This document shows, piece by piece, positions 21,474 through 31,380 of a stretch of DNA of 54,034 nucleotides. The notes below the pieces were generated by a model. The model worked only from the letters and a program-made list of their open reading frames with translations. It was not told the DNA's origin and did no database searches. Source of the stretch: an uncultured Bacilli bacterium (GTDB lineage Bacteria > Bacillota_I > Bacilli_A > RF39 > UBA660); NCBI GenBank assembly GCA_934122215.1, contig CAKOWF010000002.1:1-54034 (forward strand), in the 5' to 3' direction. The position numbers were made by a program, and so were the translations under genes. The first letter of the stretch is position 1; every line of letters starts with the position of its first letter.

Positions 21474-22105
21474 TGAGGATAGTATTTATTGCCCCACCTG
21501 CAGCAGGTAAAGGTACACAATCTAATTTATTGAGTAATGAATTAAATATTGAACACATATCAACAGGAGATCTATTAAGGGAAGAAATAAAAAATGGTAA
21601 TAAAGAATTACAATCAATTATTGAATCAGGAAATTTAGTAAATGATGAAATGATATTATCAATACTATCTAAAAAAATTAGTAACTTAGATAGTTATATT
21701 CTTGATGGCTTTCCAAGAACAATAAATCAAGCTGTTTCATTAGATGACCTATTAAAATCTGAAAATGAACAAATAGATTATGTTATATATTTATCATTAG
21801 ATAAAGAAACGGCAAAAAAGCGCATTTTAGGTAGAGTATCATGTCCAAAATGTGGTAGTGTTTATAACACGATGATTGATGGCATGAATTCAAAAATTTC
21901 GATGGTATGTGACAATTGTAATTCACAACTTACAAAGAGAATTGATGATACAGAAGAAACTTTAAATAAAAGGTATGATACCTATATTAAAGAAACAGAA
22001 CCATTAATTCAATATTATAAAGATAAAGGAGTTTTATATCAAATAGATAGTTCTAGAGATACTATAACTGTTTATAATGATATAAAAAATTTGATTAATG
22101 ATTAG
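21473..22105 (+). CDS. adk: adenylate kinase (zinc-lid type)
   Basis: AGKGTQ P-loop, STGDLLR, GFPRT, and lid CPKCG...CDNC. Confidence 0.95.
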   Translation: MRIVFIAPPAAGKGTQSNLLSNELNIEHISTGDLLREEIKNGNKELQSIIESGNLVNDEMILSILSKKISNLDSYILDGFPRTINQAVSLDDLLKSENEQIDYVIYLSLDKETAKKRILGRVSCPKCGSVYNTMIDGMNSKISMVCDNCNSQLTKRIDDTEETLNKRYDTYIKETEPLIQYYKDKGVLYQIDSSRDTITVYNDIKNLIND

Positions 22106-22844
22106 TATTAAATCTGAACGTGAAATAAATTTAATGCGTGAAGCAGGTAGAATTGTAGGAGATACACATCATTACTTAGAAAAATTTTTAAAACCAGGAA
22201 TAACTACTATAGAACTAGATAAATTAGCTAATGATTTTATTCTTAGCCAAGGAGCAACTCCTTCTTTCAAAAACCTATATGGATTTCCAGGAACAATATG
22301 TATATCAATAAATGATGAAGTTGTTCATGGAATTCCAGGTAAAAGAAAGTTAAAAGATGGTGATATTATTAAACTAGACATTGGTGCTTGTTATAAAGGA
22401 TATCATGGAGATTCAGCTTGGAGTTATGTAGTAGGAAAACCAAGTAAAGAAATTGATTATTTAATGAAACATACAGAAGAAGCTTTATTTGCAGGTTTAA
22501 ACCAAATAAAAGCTGGGGTTCATTTAGGCGATGTTGGGAATGCTATTGAAGAAGTAGCAAATAAATATAATTTAGGAGTAGTCCAAGAATTAGTTGGACA
22601 TGGAATTGGTACTAAGGTTCATGAAGAACCAGATGTTCCAAATTATGGTAAAAAAAATACTGGACCTATCTTAAAAGAGGGAATGACTATTGCGGTAGAA
22701 CCAATGTTAAACTTAGGTACAAGAGATGTATCAATGTTAGATGATGATTGGACAATAGTAACTGATGATGGACTTCCTTCGGCACATTTTGAGCATACAG
22801 TATTAGTAAAAAAAGATGGGTATGAAATTTTAACAAGGAGGTAA
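22098..22844 (+). CDS. map: type I methionine aminopeptidase
   Basis: Metal ligands in DIIKLDIG, GHGIG and AVEPM contexts. Confidence 0.95.
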   Translation: MISIKSEREINLMREAGRIVGDTHHYLEKFLKPGITTIELDKLANDFILSQGATPSFKNLYGFPGTICISINDEVVHGIPGKRKLKDGDIIKLDIGACYKGYHGDSAWSYVVGKPSKEIDYLMKHTEEALFAGLNQIKAGVHLGDVGNAIEEVANKYNLGVVQELVGHGIGTKVHEEPDVPNYGKKNTGPILKEGMTIAVEPMLNLGTRDVSMLDDDWTIVTDDGLPSAHFEHTVLVKKDGYEILTRR

Positions 22845-22848
22845 TTAA

Positions 22849-23109
22849 ATGCCAAAGAAAAATGTTAATAAAAAACCAATTGAAAATGAAACTGTAAGTA
22901 AAAAATCAGCAATTGAAGTAGAGGGAAAAGTATTAGATGTTTTACCTGGAGGACAATTCAGAGTAGAACTATCAAATAAACATACTGTAGTGGCTCACGT
23001 TTCTGGTAAAATCCGAATGAACTATATTCGCATTTTACCGGGTGATACAGTAGTTTTAGAATTATCAGAATATGATTTAACACGTGGGCGTATAACCTAT
23101 AGAAAATAG
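22849..23109 (+). CDS. infA: translation initiation factor IF-1 (with a ~14-aa N-terminal extension)
   Basis: [20 protein letters not shown]...[11 protein letters not shown]...LTRGRITYR. Confidence 0.95.
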   Translation: MPKKNVNKKPIENETVSKKSAIEVEGKVLDVLPGGQFRVELSNKHTVVAHVSGKIRMNYIRILPGDTVVLELSEYDLTRGRITYRK

Positions 23110-23120
23110 GAGGGTAGAAT

Positions 23121-23234
23121 ATGAAAGTTAAACCATCAGTAAAACCAATCTGTCCAGATTGTAAAATAATTAAAAGAAAAGGATCTTTAAGAGTTATCTG
23201 TAAAAATCCAAAACATAAACAAAGACAAGGTTAA
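23121..23234 (+). CDS. rpmJ: 50S ribosomal protein L36 (37 aa; below the ORF-track size cut-off)
   Basis: ATG at 23121 follows GGAGGG. Translation [37 protein letters not shown]. Confidence 0.93.
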   Translation: MKVKPSVKPICPDCKIIKRKGSLRVICKNPKHKQRQG

Positions 23235-23247
23235 TAGGAGGTGTTTT

Positions 23248-23613
23248 ATGGCACGTATTAAAGGTGTAGATATACCAGATAATAAAAGAATCGAAATCGC
23301 ATTAACTTATATTTATGGAATTGGTAGAAGTTTATCAAACCAAATATTAAATGATGCTGGTGTAGATATCAATAAAAGAGCAAAAGATTTATCAAATGAT
23401 GAATTAAATCAAATTCGTAACGAAATTGATAAATACACAATCGAAGGTGATTTAAGACGTGAAGTAAATATGAATATTAAAACTAAAATGGAAATTAATT
23501 CATATGAAGGAACTCGTCATAAAAAAGGATTACCAGTAAGAGGTCAAAGAACAAATAGAAACGCAAGAACTCGTAAAGGTAAAGGTAAAACAGTAGCTAA
23601 TAAGAAAAAATAA
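23248..23613 (+). CDS. rpsM: 30S ribosomal protein S13
   Basis: [11 protein letters not shown]-terminus. Confidence 0.98.
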   Translation: MARIKGVDIPDNKRIEIALTYIYGIGRSLSNQILNDAGVDINKRAKDLSNDELNQIRNEIDKYTIEGDLRREVNMNIKTKMEINSYEGTRHKKGLPVRGQRTNRNARTRKGKGKTVANKKK

Positions 23614-23638
23614 TAAACTGTAAAAGGAGGTTATATAT

Positions 23639-24022
23639 ATGGCTTATAAACCAAGAAAACGTAAAGTTAAGAAAAATGTACCAGAAGGTAGAGCATATAT
23701 TCGTTCAACTTTCAATAACACTATAGTAACACTTAGTGATAAAGAAGGTAATGCACTTAGTTGGGCATCTGCTGGAACATTAGGTTTTAAAGGAAGTAAA
23801 AAATCAACTCCATTTGCTGCAGGTATGTCAGCTGAAGCTGCAGGACGTGCTGCATATGATATGGGAATGAGAAAAGTAGAAGTTTTCGTTAACGGATTAG
23901 GTTCTGGACGTGAAACAGCAATTCGTTCATTACAAACAGCTGGTCTAGAAATTTTATCAATCACTGATGTAACACCTGTACCACATAATGGATGTCGTCC
24001 ACCAAAACGTCCTCGTGGATAA
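23639..24022 (+). CDS. rpsK: 30S ribosomal protein S11
   Basis: [12 protein letters not shown] and [11 protein letters not shown] motifs. Confidence 0.98.
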   Translation: MAYKPRKRKVKKNVPEGRAYIRSTFNNTIVTLSDKEGNALSWASAGTLGFKGSKKSTPFAAGMSAEAAGRAAYDMGMRKVEVFVNGLGSGRETAIRSLQTAGLEILSITDVTPVPHNGCRPPKRPRG

Positions 24023-24041
24023 TAGAAAAGGAGTGATTAAA

Positions 24042-24992
24042 TTGTTAAACTTTGAAAAACCAATATATAAAATAACAGATTATATAGAAAATAATAATTA
24101 TGGAAAATTTGAAATTGAACCTTTAGAAAGAGGTTTTGGTATTACTTTAGGTAATGCACTTAGAAGAGTAATGTTATCAAGTATGCCAGGTAGTGCAATA
24201 GTAGCTGTAAAAATTGAAGGAGTAATGCATGAATTCCAAACTATGGAAGGTGTAGTAGAAGATGTAACATCTATCGTCCTAAATTTAAAAAGTGTTGTTG
24301 TTAAAAAGAACTCTGAAGGCATTTCACGTGCTCATATTTCAGTTTCAGAAGAAAGAACAGTAACAGCAGCAGATATTGAATCAGATGATGATATTGAAAT
24401 CATTAATCCAGATCAAGTTATTGCAACTTTAGCTAAAGGTGGAAAATTAGAAATGGAACTAATAATTTCTAATGGTAGAGGATATGTACCTTCTACAGAA
24501 AATAAATCATTTGTAGAAGAAGAAAAAATTGGATTTATTCCAATAGATGCACTATATTCTCCAGTTGAAAGAGTTAGTTATGATATTGAAAGTGCTCGTG
24601 TAGGACAAGATGCAAATTATGATAAATTAATTATGTGTGTAACTACAAATGGATCACTTCGTCCAGAAGAAGCAATGGCACTTGGAGCTAAAATATTAAT
24701 TGAACATTTAAATATTTTAACTGATTTAAGTGAAATAGCAGATACTACTGGAGTTATGAATGCAAAACAAGAAGATTCTAAACTTAAAAAATTAGAAACA
24801 TCAATAGATGATTTAGATTTCTCTGTTAGAGCTTATAATTGTTTAAAAAGAGCCGGTATTAATACTTTAGGCGATTTAACAGAAAAAACTGAATTAGAAA
24901 TGATGAAAATACGTAATTTAGGTAAAAAATCTTTAAAAGAAGTAATAGATAAAATTAAAGATATGGGACTTAAATTCCGTGAAGAAGATTAG
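24042..24992 (+). CDS. rpoA: DNA-directed RNA polymerase subunit alpha
   Basis: TTG at 24042 follows AAAGGAG and lies downstream of the rpsK stop, giving LLNFEKP...[15 protein letters not shown]. The track start at 23988 overlaps rpsK. Confidence 0.95.
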   Translation: MLNFEKPIYKITDYIENNNYGKFEIEPLERGFGITLGNALRRVMLSSMPGSAIVAVKIEGVMHEFQTMEGVVEDVTSIVLNLKSVVVKKNSEGISRAHISVSEERTVTAADIESDDDIEIINPDQVIATLAKGGKLEMELIISNGRGYVPSTENKSFVEEEKIGFIPIDALYSPVERVSYDIESARVGQDANYDKLIMCVTTNGSLRPEEAMALGAKILIEHLNILTDLSEIADTTGVMNAKQEDSKLKKLETSIDDLDFSVRAYNCLKRAGINTLGDLTEKTELEMMKIRNLGKKSLKEVIDKIKDMGLKFREED

Positions 24993-25006
24993 AACGGAGG
25001 ATTAAT

Positions 25007-25363
25007 ATGGCTTATAGAAAGTTAGGTAGAACTTGCAAACATAGAAGAAGTATGTTAGCAAATTTAACTAAAGACTTAATTATGAATGAACGTATTGAAA
25101 CTACTGAAACTAGAGCTAAAGAAGTAAGAAAATTTGTTGATAAAATGATTACTTATGGTAAAGATGGTTCATTAGTTTCAAGAAGAAAAGCTTTAGCGTT
25201 TATGCAAAATGATACAGAAGCAACTAAAAAAGTATTTGACGATTTAGCTAAACGTTATGCTACTCGTAATGGTGGATATACAAGAATAATTAAACTATCT
25301 GAGAGAAGAGGAGACGACGCTTTAATGGTAGTTTTAGAATTAGTTGAAGGAGATGCTAAATAA
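25007..25363 (+). CDS. rplQ: 50S ribosomal protein L17
   Basis: [21 protein letters not shown]-terminus. Confidence 0.97.
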   Translation: MAYRKLGRTCKHRRSMLANLTKDLIMNERIETTETRAKEVRKFVDKMITYGKDGSLVSRRKALAFMQNDTEATKKVFDDLAKRYATRNGGYTRIIKLSERRGDDALMVVLELVEGDAK

Positions 25364-25375
25364 GCATCTTTTTTA
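25351..25375 (+). terminator. rho-independent terminator ending the alpha operon
   Basis: AGATGCT, loop AAATA, AGCATCT, then T6. The rplQ stop codon lies at the loop/3' arm junction. Confidence 0.65.
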
Positions 25376-25427
25376 ATTAATTAATAAAAATATTTAAAAT
25401 TATGATATAATTAATGTGGTGTTGTAT

Positions 25428-26321
25428 ATGGAAATAAACTATTCTAATAATTCATTTAAAAGTAAAATTATAAAAATATTAATTAGATTGTCCGGTTTTA
25501 AAAAAAATACCAGTTCAATAACTAATACACAAAAACATATATCAAAATGTATAAATAAGAAAATAAATAAGAAATTTTTTAGAAAAATGACTAAATTAAG
25601 TTATAATGGATATACATTTTATACTTGGAATGGAAATGTAGAAAATAGTAGAGATTCATTTTTACTATATATACATGGTGGTTCTTTTATAGATAAGCCA
25701 TTAAACATTCAATTAAATTTTGTTAAAAAAGTCGCAAAAAAATTAAATTCAACCTTGATAGTTCCATTATATAAAACAATTCCTACAGGAAATTCTCAGA
25801 AATTATTAGAAGAAATGAAAGTCATATATCAAATGTTATTAAAACAACATAATAAAATTTATTTAATAGGGGACTCAGCTGGAGGCGGAGCAGCATTATC
25901 CTTAAATTTAGTATTAAAAGAAGAAAAGATTAGTAAACCTAGCGGTACTATTATGTTAAGTCCATGGTTAGATTTATCATTATCAAATCCGAAGATAGTT
26001 GAAAAAAAGGATATTGTATGTTCTATACCAGGAAATAAATATTGTGGTAAAATATGGGCTGATGAATATGATATTAAGGATTATAAGGTAAGTCCTATTT
26101 ATGGCAATTTTGATAATTTAAATAAAGTTTTTATCTCATGTGGTGGTAATGAAATATGTCAACCAGATTGTATAAAACTTGTTGAAAAGTTAAAAACAAT
26201 GAAAATAAATTATAAATTTGTTCAATTTGAAAATCAATTTCATAATTTTGAACTTTATCCAATTATCGAATCTAAAATATTAATAGATGAAATATATAAA
26301 TATATTGTAGGGGGATGTTAG
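25428..26321 (+). CDS. alpha/beta hydrolase fold-3 esterase/lipase (HSL-like)
   Basis: Oxyanion motif YIHGGSF, nucleophile elbow GDSAGG, C-terminal His in QFHNF. Alternative GTG start at 25416. Confidence 0.75.
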   Translation: MEINYSNNSFKSKIIKILIRLSGFKKNTSSITNTQKHISKCINKKINKKFFRKMTKLSYNGYTFYTWNGNVENSRDSFLLYIHGGSFIDKPLNIQLNFVKKVAKKLNSTLIVPLYKTIPTGNSQKLLEEMKVIYQMLLKQHNKIYLIGDSAGGGAALSLNLVLKEEKISKPSGTIMLSPWLDLSLSNPKIVEKKDIVCSIPGNKYCGKIWADEYDIKDYKVSPIYGNFDNLNKVFISCGGNEICQPDCIKLVEKLKTMKINYKFVQFENQFHNFELYPIIESKILIDEIYKYIVGGC

Positions 26322-26322
26322 T

Positions 26323-27264
26323 ATGCTACAAAAATTTTTATCAATAAAAGAATTAGAATTATTATCTACTGAAGAAAAAGAAAAATATTATCAAATGGTT
26401 AGGGAATATTGTAATTTGATTAAAGTTAATATAGAATCAAAAAAGATTAGTAAAAAAATTATTTCTTTATTAGCGCCTCACCTAAGAAAATATAAACTAG
26501 AAATATATGGCGATGAAAATATTCCAAAAGAAGATTCAGCAGTTTTTATATGTAACCATTCAAATTCACATGATTTTTTTACATCACAAGAAGTATTTAA
26601 TCAATTGAATAGAAACGTTACTCCATTTGGTGCATCTGATTGCTTGAACTTTCTAAGTTTGCAAATGTTTAAATTAGGTGATGTAACTTTAATTGACAGA
26701 GATGATAGAGAATCATCATTAAATGGATTGATGAATTTCACAAAAAAAGTTATTGAAGGTGAGGATGGAATAATTTTTGGAGAAGGTACTTGGAATTTAC
26801 ACCCTATTAAACCTATGCAAAGCATAAAAGTAGGTGGTACCCAATCAGCAATCATAGCAGATAAGGTAGTTATTCCAACTATATTTGAATATGTTGAAGT
26901 CCCTGATATAGTATCAAAAGAAAATGAAATATATTCTAGATGTATAGTTGAATTTGGAAAACCAATAATTGTTAAATCTGAAGATAATATTATAGAAAAA
27001 ACAAAATTAATTCAATTTACATTAGAAGAAATGCGAAAGAATTTATGGAAAAAATTAGGTATAAAAAGAGAATCATTAGATGATATAAATAAGCAAGTAT
27101 ACTTAAATCATACATATATGAAAAAATTTAAAGGATTAGGTTTTGAATACGATTCAGATCACGAATTTCAATATTTGTTAAAAGATAAACAAGGTAATTA
27201 TGAAAATGAATATACATTAAATGAAAATAATGAATTTGTACCAGGAATAACACACAAAAAATAA
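26323..27264 (+). CDS. PlsC/LPLAT-family acyltransferase
   Basis: HX4D motif NHSNSHD and FGEGTW (the FPEGTR equivalent). Confidence 0.7.
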   Translation: MLQKFLSIKELELLSTEEKEKYYQMVREYCNLIKVNIESKKISKKIISLLAPHLRKYKLEIYGDENIPKEDSAVFICNHSNSHDFFTSQEVFNQLNRNVTPFGASDCLNFLSLQMFKLGDVTLIDRDDRESSLNGLMNFTKKVIEGEDGIIFGEGTWNLHPIKPMQSIKVGGTQSAIIADKVVIPTIFEYVEVPDIVSKENEIYSRCIVEFGKPIIVKSEDNIIEKTKLIQFTLEEMRKNLWKKLGIKRESLDDINKQVYLNHTYMKKFKGLGFEYDSDHEFQYLLKDKQGNYENEYTLNENNEFVPGITHKK

Positions 27265-27281
27265 TATTTTTTGTGTTTTTT
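27252..27281 (+). terminator. AT-rich rho-independent terminator
   Basis: 11-bp stem ACACAAAAAAT/ATTTTTTGTGT, 3-nt loop, then T5. Confidence 0.5.
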
Positions 27282-27287
27282 GTTGTG

Positions 27288-27316
27288 TTTACAAGCAAAT
27301 TTAATTTTGATATAAT
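27288..27316 (+). promoter_or_regulatory. candidate sigma-A promoter with extended -10
   Basis: TTTACA, 17-nt spacer, TATAAT, preceded by TGA. Confidence 0.45.
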
Positions 27317-27334
27317 TATAATTGGTGATGTAGA

Positions 27335-29143
27335 ATGTCAAATCAATACTTTTCAATTTGTGGATTACTATGTATTATTTTACTTATGGTTGTATTTTTC
27401 TGTAAGAAAAAAATTAACTCTATTGAAACAAAGATTTATGGAATAATGCTTATTTGCAGTTGTATTGATGTGCTATTGGTAATATTGGAAGTTTCATTTG
27501 GCTATATGAATTTAGCCAGTATTCCATATGATTTATTAAAACTTTTAAATAAAATAGATATGATTTATTATGTTTTATGGCCAACATTATTATTTTTATA
27601 TATGTATTATATTACTTACAAAAATGAACAAAAATATATGCAGTTTCGTAATTTTTGCTTTATTTTAGATGCCATATTTATTATTATAGAATTTCTTTTA
27701 CCAATAAATATTATTAATAATAATGGAGAAATGGGAGTAGATGGTATGGCAACAAATTTCGTATTATTAATTGCAACTATATATTTTATTGCAATACTTG
27801 TTGTTATATTAAGAAATTTTAAGTCTATTAAATTAAAAAAATGTATTCCATATATTACTTTAATTATTTTTATGGTATTAGCAATCTATTTAAGAAACCT
27901 TTCACCAACATTAATTGTAATTCCTGCAATAATGGTATATATTGATATGATTATGTATTTTACAATAGAAAATCCAGATTTAAAGTTGTTAAATGAATTT
28001 TATAGAGTAAGAAAAAAAGAAGAAAATAATAATGATGCCAAAAATGAATTTTTAGCTAATATATCAAAAGATATTAAAACACCTATTGCCAATATTAAAG
28101 CAATATCTAGTGAAGCTCTAAATAGTAATGATCCAGAGATATTAAAAAATGAAATAAGAAAAATTCAAAGTTCAACTAGTACCTTAAGTCAATTAGTTAG
28201 TAACATATTAGACATTAGTGATATAGAAAAGCAAAAATTAGGCATTAAAATGAATAAATATCAGGTATATAACATGTTTAATGTTATAAGTAAATCATTT
28301 GAAAAAACTGTAGATAGTAATATTGAATATCGTTTTAACTATGATAAAAGTATTCCAGATTTTTTATATGGTGATTCAATTAGAATTAAACAAATAGTCA
28401 ATATAATATTAGAAAATTCAAGAGAATATACAGAAAAAGGTTTTATAGAATTAAGGGTCAATTCTATCATTAAAAATGATATTTGTAGATTAATAATAAC
28501 AATAGAAGATTCTGGAATAGGAATATCAAGTGATAAATTAGATCATTTATTTGATAAAGAAAAAATATATAGTGATAAAACTTTAAAAATAATAGACGAT
28601 AATAAAAATAACTTAGGAATAGCTAAATCAATTATAGATTTAATGAATGGTAGTATAACAGTTAATAGTGAATTAGGGATAGGAACAAAAATCACTATAG
28701 CAATAGACCAGATAATTAATAAAGAAAATAAAACAAATATTGAAGAAACTGTAGATCAATATGAAAAAATGCTTTTAAAAAAGAAAAAAGTATTATTAGT
28801 AATTAGTTCACCAGAATTAAGTAAGAAAATTAATTCTTATTTAAAAAAATCATCTTATGACATTATTGAAGTAATAGGTGGTCAACCATGTTTAGAAAAA
28901 CTTCGAAATAAAGAAAAATATAACATAATATTAATAGAAGAAAATTTACAAAAATTAAGCAGTGAAGATACATTAATAAAAATAAAAGATACTCCTGGTT
29001 ATAAAATACCTGTTGTACTTATATCAAATAACAAAGGATTTGGTATGAAAGAAATGTATCAAGAAAAAGGATATAAAGATGTAATTTTTATGCCAATTAA
29101 AAAGAATGAATTACTTGAAATTATAAAAAACAATCTTGATTAA
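27335..29143 (+). CDS. 7-TM histidine-kinase-like protein with a C-terminal receiver-like domain; canonical phospho-sites are substituted
   Basis: Seven hydrophobic segments. H-box-like NEFLANISKDIKTP has Lys where His is expected. HATPase N-box ENSREYT and G1 DSGIGI are present. The REC-like tail has SS and E in place of DD and D. Confidence 0.8.
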   Translation: MSNQYFSICGLLCIILLMVVFFCKKKINSIETKIYGIMLICSCIDVLLVILEVSFGYMNLASIPYDLLKLLNKIDMIYYVLWPTLLFLYMYYITYKNEQKYMQFRNFCFILDAIFIIIEFLLPINIINNNGEMGVDGMATNFVLLIATIYFIAILVVILRNFKSIKLKKCIPYITLIIFMVLAIYLRNLSPTLIVIPAIMVYIDMIMYFTIENPDLKLLNEFYRVRKKEENNNDAKNEFLANISKDIKTPIANIKAISSEALNSNDPEILKNEIRKIQSSTSTLSQLVSNILDISDIEKQKLGIKMNKYQVYNMFNVISKSFEKTVDSNIEYRFNYDKSIPDFLYGDSIRIKQIVNIILENSREYTEKGFIELRVNSIIKNDICRLIITIEDSGIGISSDKLDHLFDKEKIYSDKTLKIIDDNKNNLGIAKSIIDLMNGSITVNSELGIGTKITIAIDQIINKENKTNIEETVDQYEKMLLKKKKVLLVISSPELSKKINSYLKKSSYDIIEVIGGQPCLEKLRNKEKYNIILIEENLQKLSSEDTLIKIKDTPGYKIPVVLISNNKGFGMKEMYQEKGYKDVIFMPIKKNELLEIIKNNLD

Positions 29144-29162
29144 ATTCAAGATTGTTTTATTT
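29129..29162 (+). terminator. rho-independent terminator
   Basis: 11-bp stem AACAATCTTGA/TCAAGATTGTT, 6-nt loop containing the stop codon, T-rich tail. Confidence 0.6.
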
Positions 29163-29189
29163 GACAAGTAAATTAACTTATGTTAGAAT
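29161..29189 (+). promoter_or_regulatory. sigma-A promoter
   Basis: TTGACA (29161-29166), 17-nt spacer, TAGAAT (29184-29189). Confidence 0.5.
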
Positions 29190-29217
29190 ATCATTTACAT
29201 CAAAAGGGGGAGAAAAT

Positions 29218-30612
29218 ATGGAAGAAGAATTAAATATATCTTCATTATTAGAATTGTTTAAAAAATGGTTTTTGTTAATTTTGCTATTTACTTTAATAGG
29301 TTTAGGTTCAGCAATATTTTATGGCTACTCATCACCTATTATATATGAAAGTACGACAACTTTATATGTAGAACCACAAGTAAATTCTAGTATAGTAGAC
29401 TATGAGGGAATATTAACTAATAGTAAAATGATAAAAACTTACAAACAAATTATTAAGAGTAGAAAAATAGTAAATAAAGTAATTGACAATTTAAAATTAG
29501 ATATAACTTATGATAAATTAATTGATATGATGACAATCTCTGCAGTATCCGACACTGAAATGTTATCAATAAATATTAAAAGCGAATATTATCAACAGGC
29601 TACAATTATAGCAAATGAGTTAGCTAATGTTTTCATTGATCAAATGAAAATTGATATGGGTATAGAAAATATAGTGGTAATTGATCCAGCTATAGATAAT
29701 TTAACACCAGTAGAACCAAATATGATGAAGTTATCATTATTAGGACTACTAGCAGGAATTATGTTTGGATGTGCCTTTGCTTTTATATTAGAAACAATGG
29801 ATAATAAAGTAAAAAATCATGATGATGTAAAAAAATATCTAAAAATTAAAACTATAGGTATGATACCAAATTACAATGTGGTAAATGATCAAAAGAAAAA
29901 AATAAATACAATTAGTAAAAATACAAATATTAAAATATTAGATGAACCTAATAATATAGCTTCAGAGTCAATTAGAATGTTAAGAACAAATTTAAATTTT
30001 ATGGATTTAAAAGTAATAAATGCTGTTTCAACTGTACCAAGTGAAGGTAAGACAGAGGTATTAACAAATTTAGCATTATCATTCGCATTATTAGAAAAAA
30101 GGGTAATATTAGTTGACTGTGATTTAAGAAAACCAAAAGTACATAAAAATTTTGGATTATGTAGAGGTATAGGTGTTAGCGATATTGTAATATCAAAAAA
30201 TAAATTAAACTATAAAGAAGCAATTCAAACATATACAGATAAAAAAAGTAATATATCAATAGATGTGTTAGCAGCAGGTTCTAAAGTGTCAAATCCATCA
30301 GAATTAATAAATTCAAAAAGTTTCTCAAATTTAATTCAAAATTTAAAAGAAGAATATGATCTAGTACTAATAGATTGTCCACCTATATCATCAATGACTG
30401 ATGGTATGTTAGTTTCATATTTAAGTGATGGTACAATATATGTAATTGAATCAGAGCGAACAGATTATCAAGTAATCAAAAGTTGTTTAGAAGAATTAAA
30501 ATCAAATAAGGCTTTCATATTAGGTGCAGTATTAACAAAAGTTAACATAAAAAATCAAAAAAAACTATATGGCTATAAATACGATTATTATTATGCAAGT
30601 TATGATAAATAA
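29218..30612 (+). CDS. fused Wzz-type chain-length-regulator domain and BY-family protein tyrosine kinase
   Basis: ATG at 29218 follows GGGGGAG. Two TM segments flank a ~150-aa loop. Walker A PSEGKT, Walker A' VILVDCDLRKP, Walker B LVLIDCPP, and C-terminal Tyr cluster YGYKYDYYYASYDK. Confidence 0.85.
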   Translation: MEEELNISSLLELFKKWFLLILLFTLIGLGSAIFYGYSSPIIYESTTTLYVEPQVNSSIVDYEGILTNSKMIKTYKQIIKSRKIVNKVIDNLKLDITYDKLIDMMTISAVSDTEMLSINIKSEYYQQATIIANELANVFIDQMKIDMGIENIVVIDPAIDNLTPVEPNMMKLSLLGLLAGIMFGCAFAFILETMDNKVKNHDDVKKYLKIKTIGMIPNYNVVNDQKKKINTISKNTNIKILDEPNNIASESIRMLRTNLNFMDLKVINAVSTVPSEGKTEVLTNLALSFALLEKRVILVDCDLRKPKVHKNFGLCRGIGVSDIVISKNKLNYKEAIQTYTDKKSNISIDVLAAGSKVSNPSELINSKSFSNLIQNLKEEYDLVLIDCPPISSMTDGMLVSYLSDGTIYVIESERTDYQVIKSCLEELKSNKAFILGAVLTKVNIKNQKKLYGYKYDYYYASYDK

Positions 30613-31318
30613 TATAGTAGATATACATTCACATATTATATTCGGTGTAGATGATGGTGCCGAAACTATAGAAGATAGTATTAAAACACTAGAATTATTA
30701 GAAAAATTAAATATAAAAAAAGTAATATGTACTCCACATTTATGCCAAGGTAATATTGACCATATAAAAAAGATAAAAGAAAATTATTTAAAAATTAGGG
30801 ATATAGCCAAACAAAAAAATATTGATTTATATTTGGGGTCAGAAATATTAATAACACCAGAAACTTCAAATTTATTATTAAAAAAAAGATTAAGATCTTT
30901 AAATGGAAACAAATATGTATTAGTTGAATTCAAAAGAAATGAAAATATGGAAGAAGATAAAGCAATATCATTATTAGAAGAAATAATAGATGTTGGATAC
31001 AAACCTATATTAGCGCATCCGGAGTTATATATAAATTATAGGAATATAAAATTTATCAAAAAATTAAAAGAAATAGGCATATTATTACAATTAGATGCAA
31101 GTAGTATTTTAAGAAAAAAAACATCAAGAAAAATATATAAATATAGTAAGAAATTATTAAAACTTCATCTAATAGATATTATTGCTAGTGATAATCATTC
31201 CAATAGCAAAAGAAATTATTTAGTAATGAAAGAAGCATATAAAGTTATAAACAAAAAATATGGAAGAGAATATGCTAAAATATTATTTAGTACTAATCCA
31301 TATGAAGTGTTAAACTAA
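30602..31318 (+). CDS. PHP-family protein-tyrosine phosphatase (CpsB/YwqE type)
   Basis: DIHSHIIFGVDDGA, CTPH, LAHPE and ASDNH metal-binding motifs. The start overlaps the kinase stop. Confidence 0.85.
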   Translation: MINNIVDIHSHIIFGVDDGAETIEDSIKTLELLEKLNIKKVICTPHLCQGNIDHIKKIKENYLKIRDIAKQKNIDLYLGSEILITPETSNLLLKKRLRSLNGNKYVLVEFKRNENMEEDKAISLLEEIIDVGYKPILAHPELYINYRNIKFIKKLKEIGILLQLDASSILRKKTSRKIYKYSKKLLKLHLIDIIASDNHSNSKRNYLVMKEAYKVINKKYGREYAKILFSTNPYEVLN

Positions 31319-31329
31319 TGCTTCTTTTA

Positions 31330-31358
31330 TTGATTTTATTAAATTAATATTATATAAT
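31330..31358 (+). promoter_or_regulatory. sigma-A promoter
   Basis: TTGATT, 17-nt spacer, TATAAT. Confidence 0.5.
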
Positions 31359-31380
31359 CAGTAATAGGATAGGTGTTAAA

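Noticed and set aside
21491-21517. Adenylate kinase P-loop reads APPAAGKGT instead of GxPGxGKGT
   Set aside because: It still satisfies the general Walker A pattern [AG]-x4-G-K-[ST], and the rest of Adk is intact. It is probably a tolerated lineage variant.
11361-24322. Several 63-121 aa minus-strand ORFs (e.g. 11361-11633, 14380-14700, 19663-20028, 23644-23964)
   Set aside because: All are antisense to universally conserved ribosomal protein genes. Their compositions are implausible and none has an RBS.
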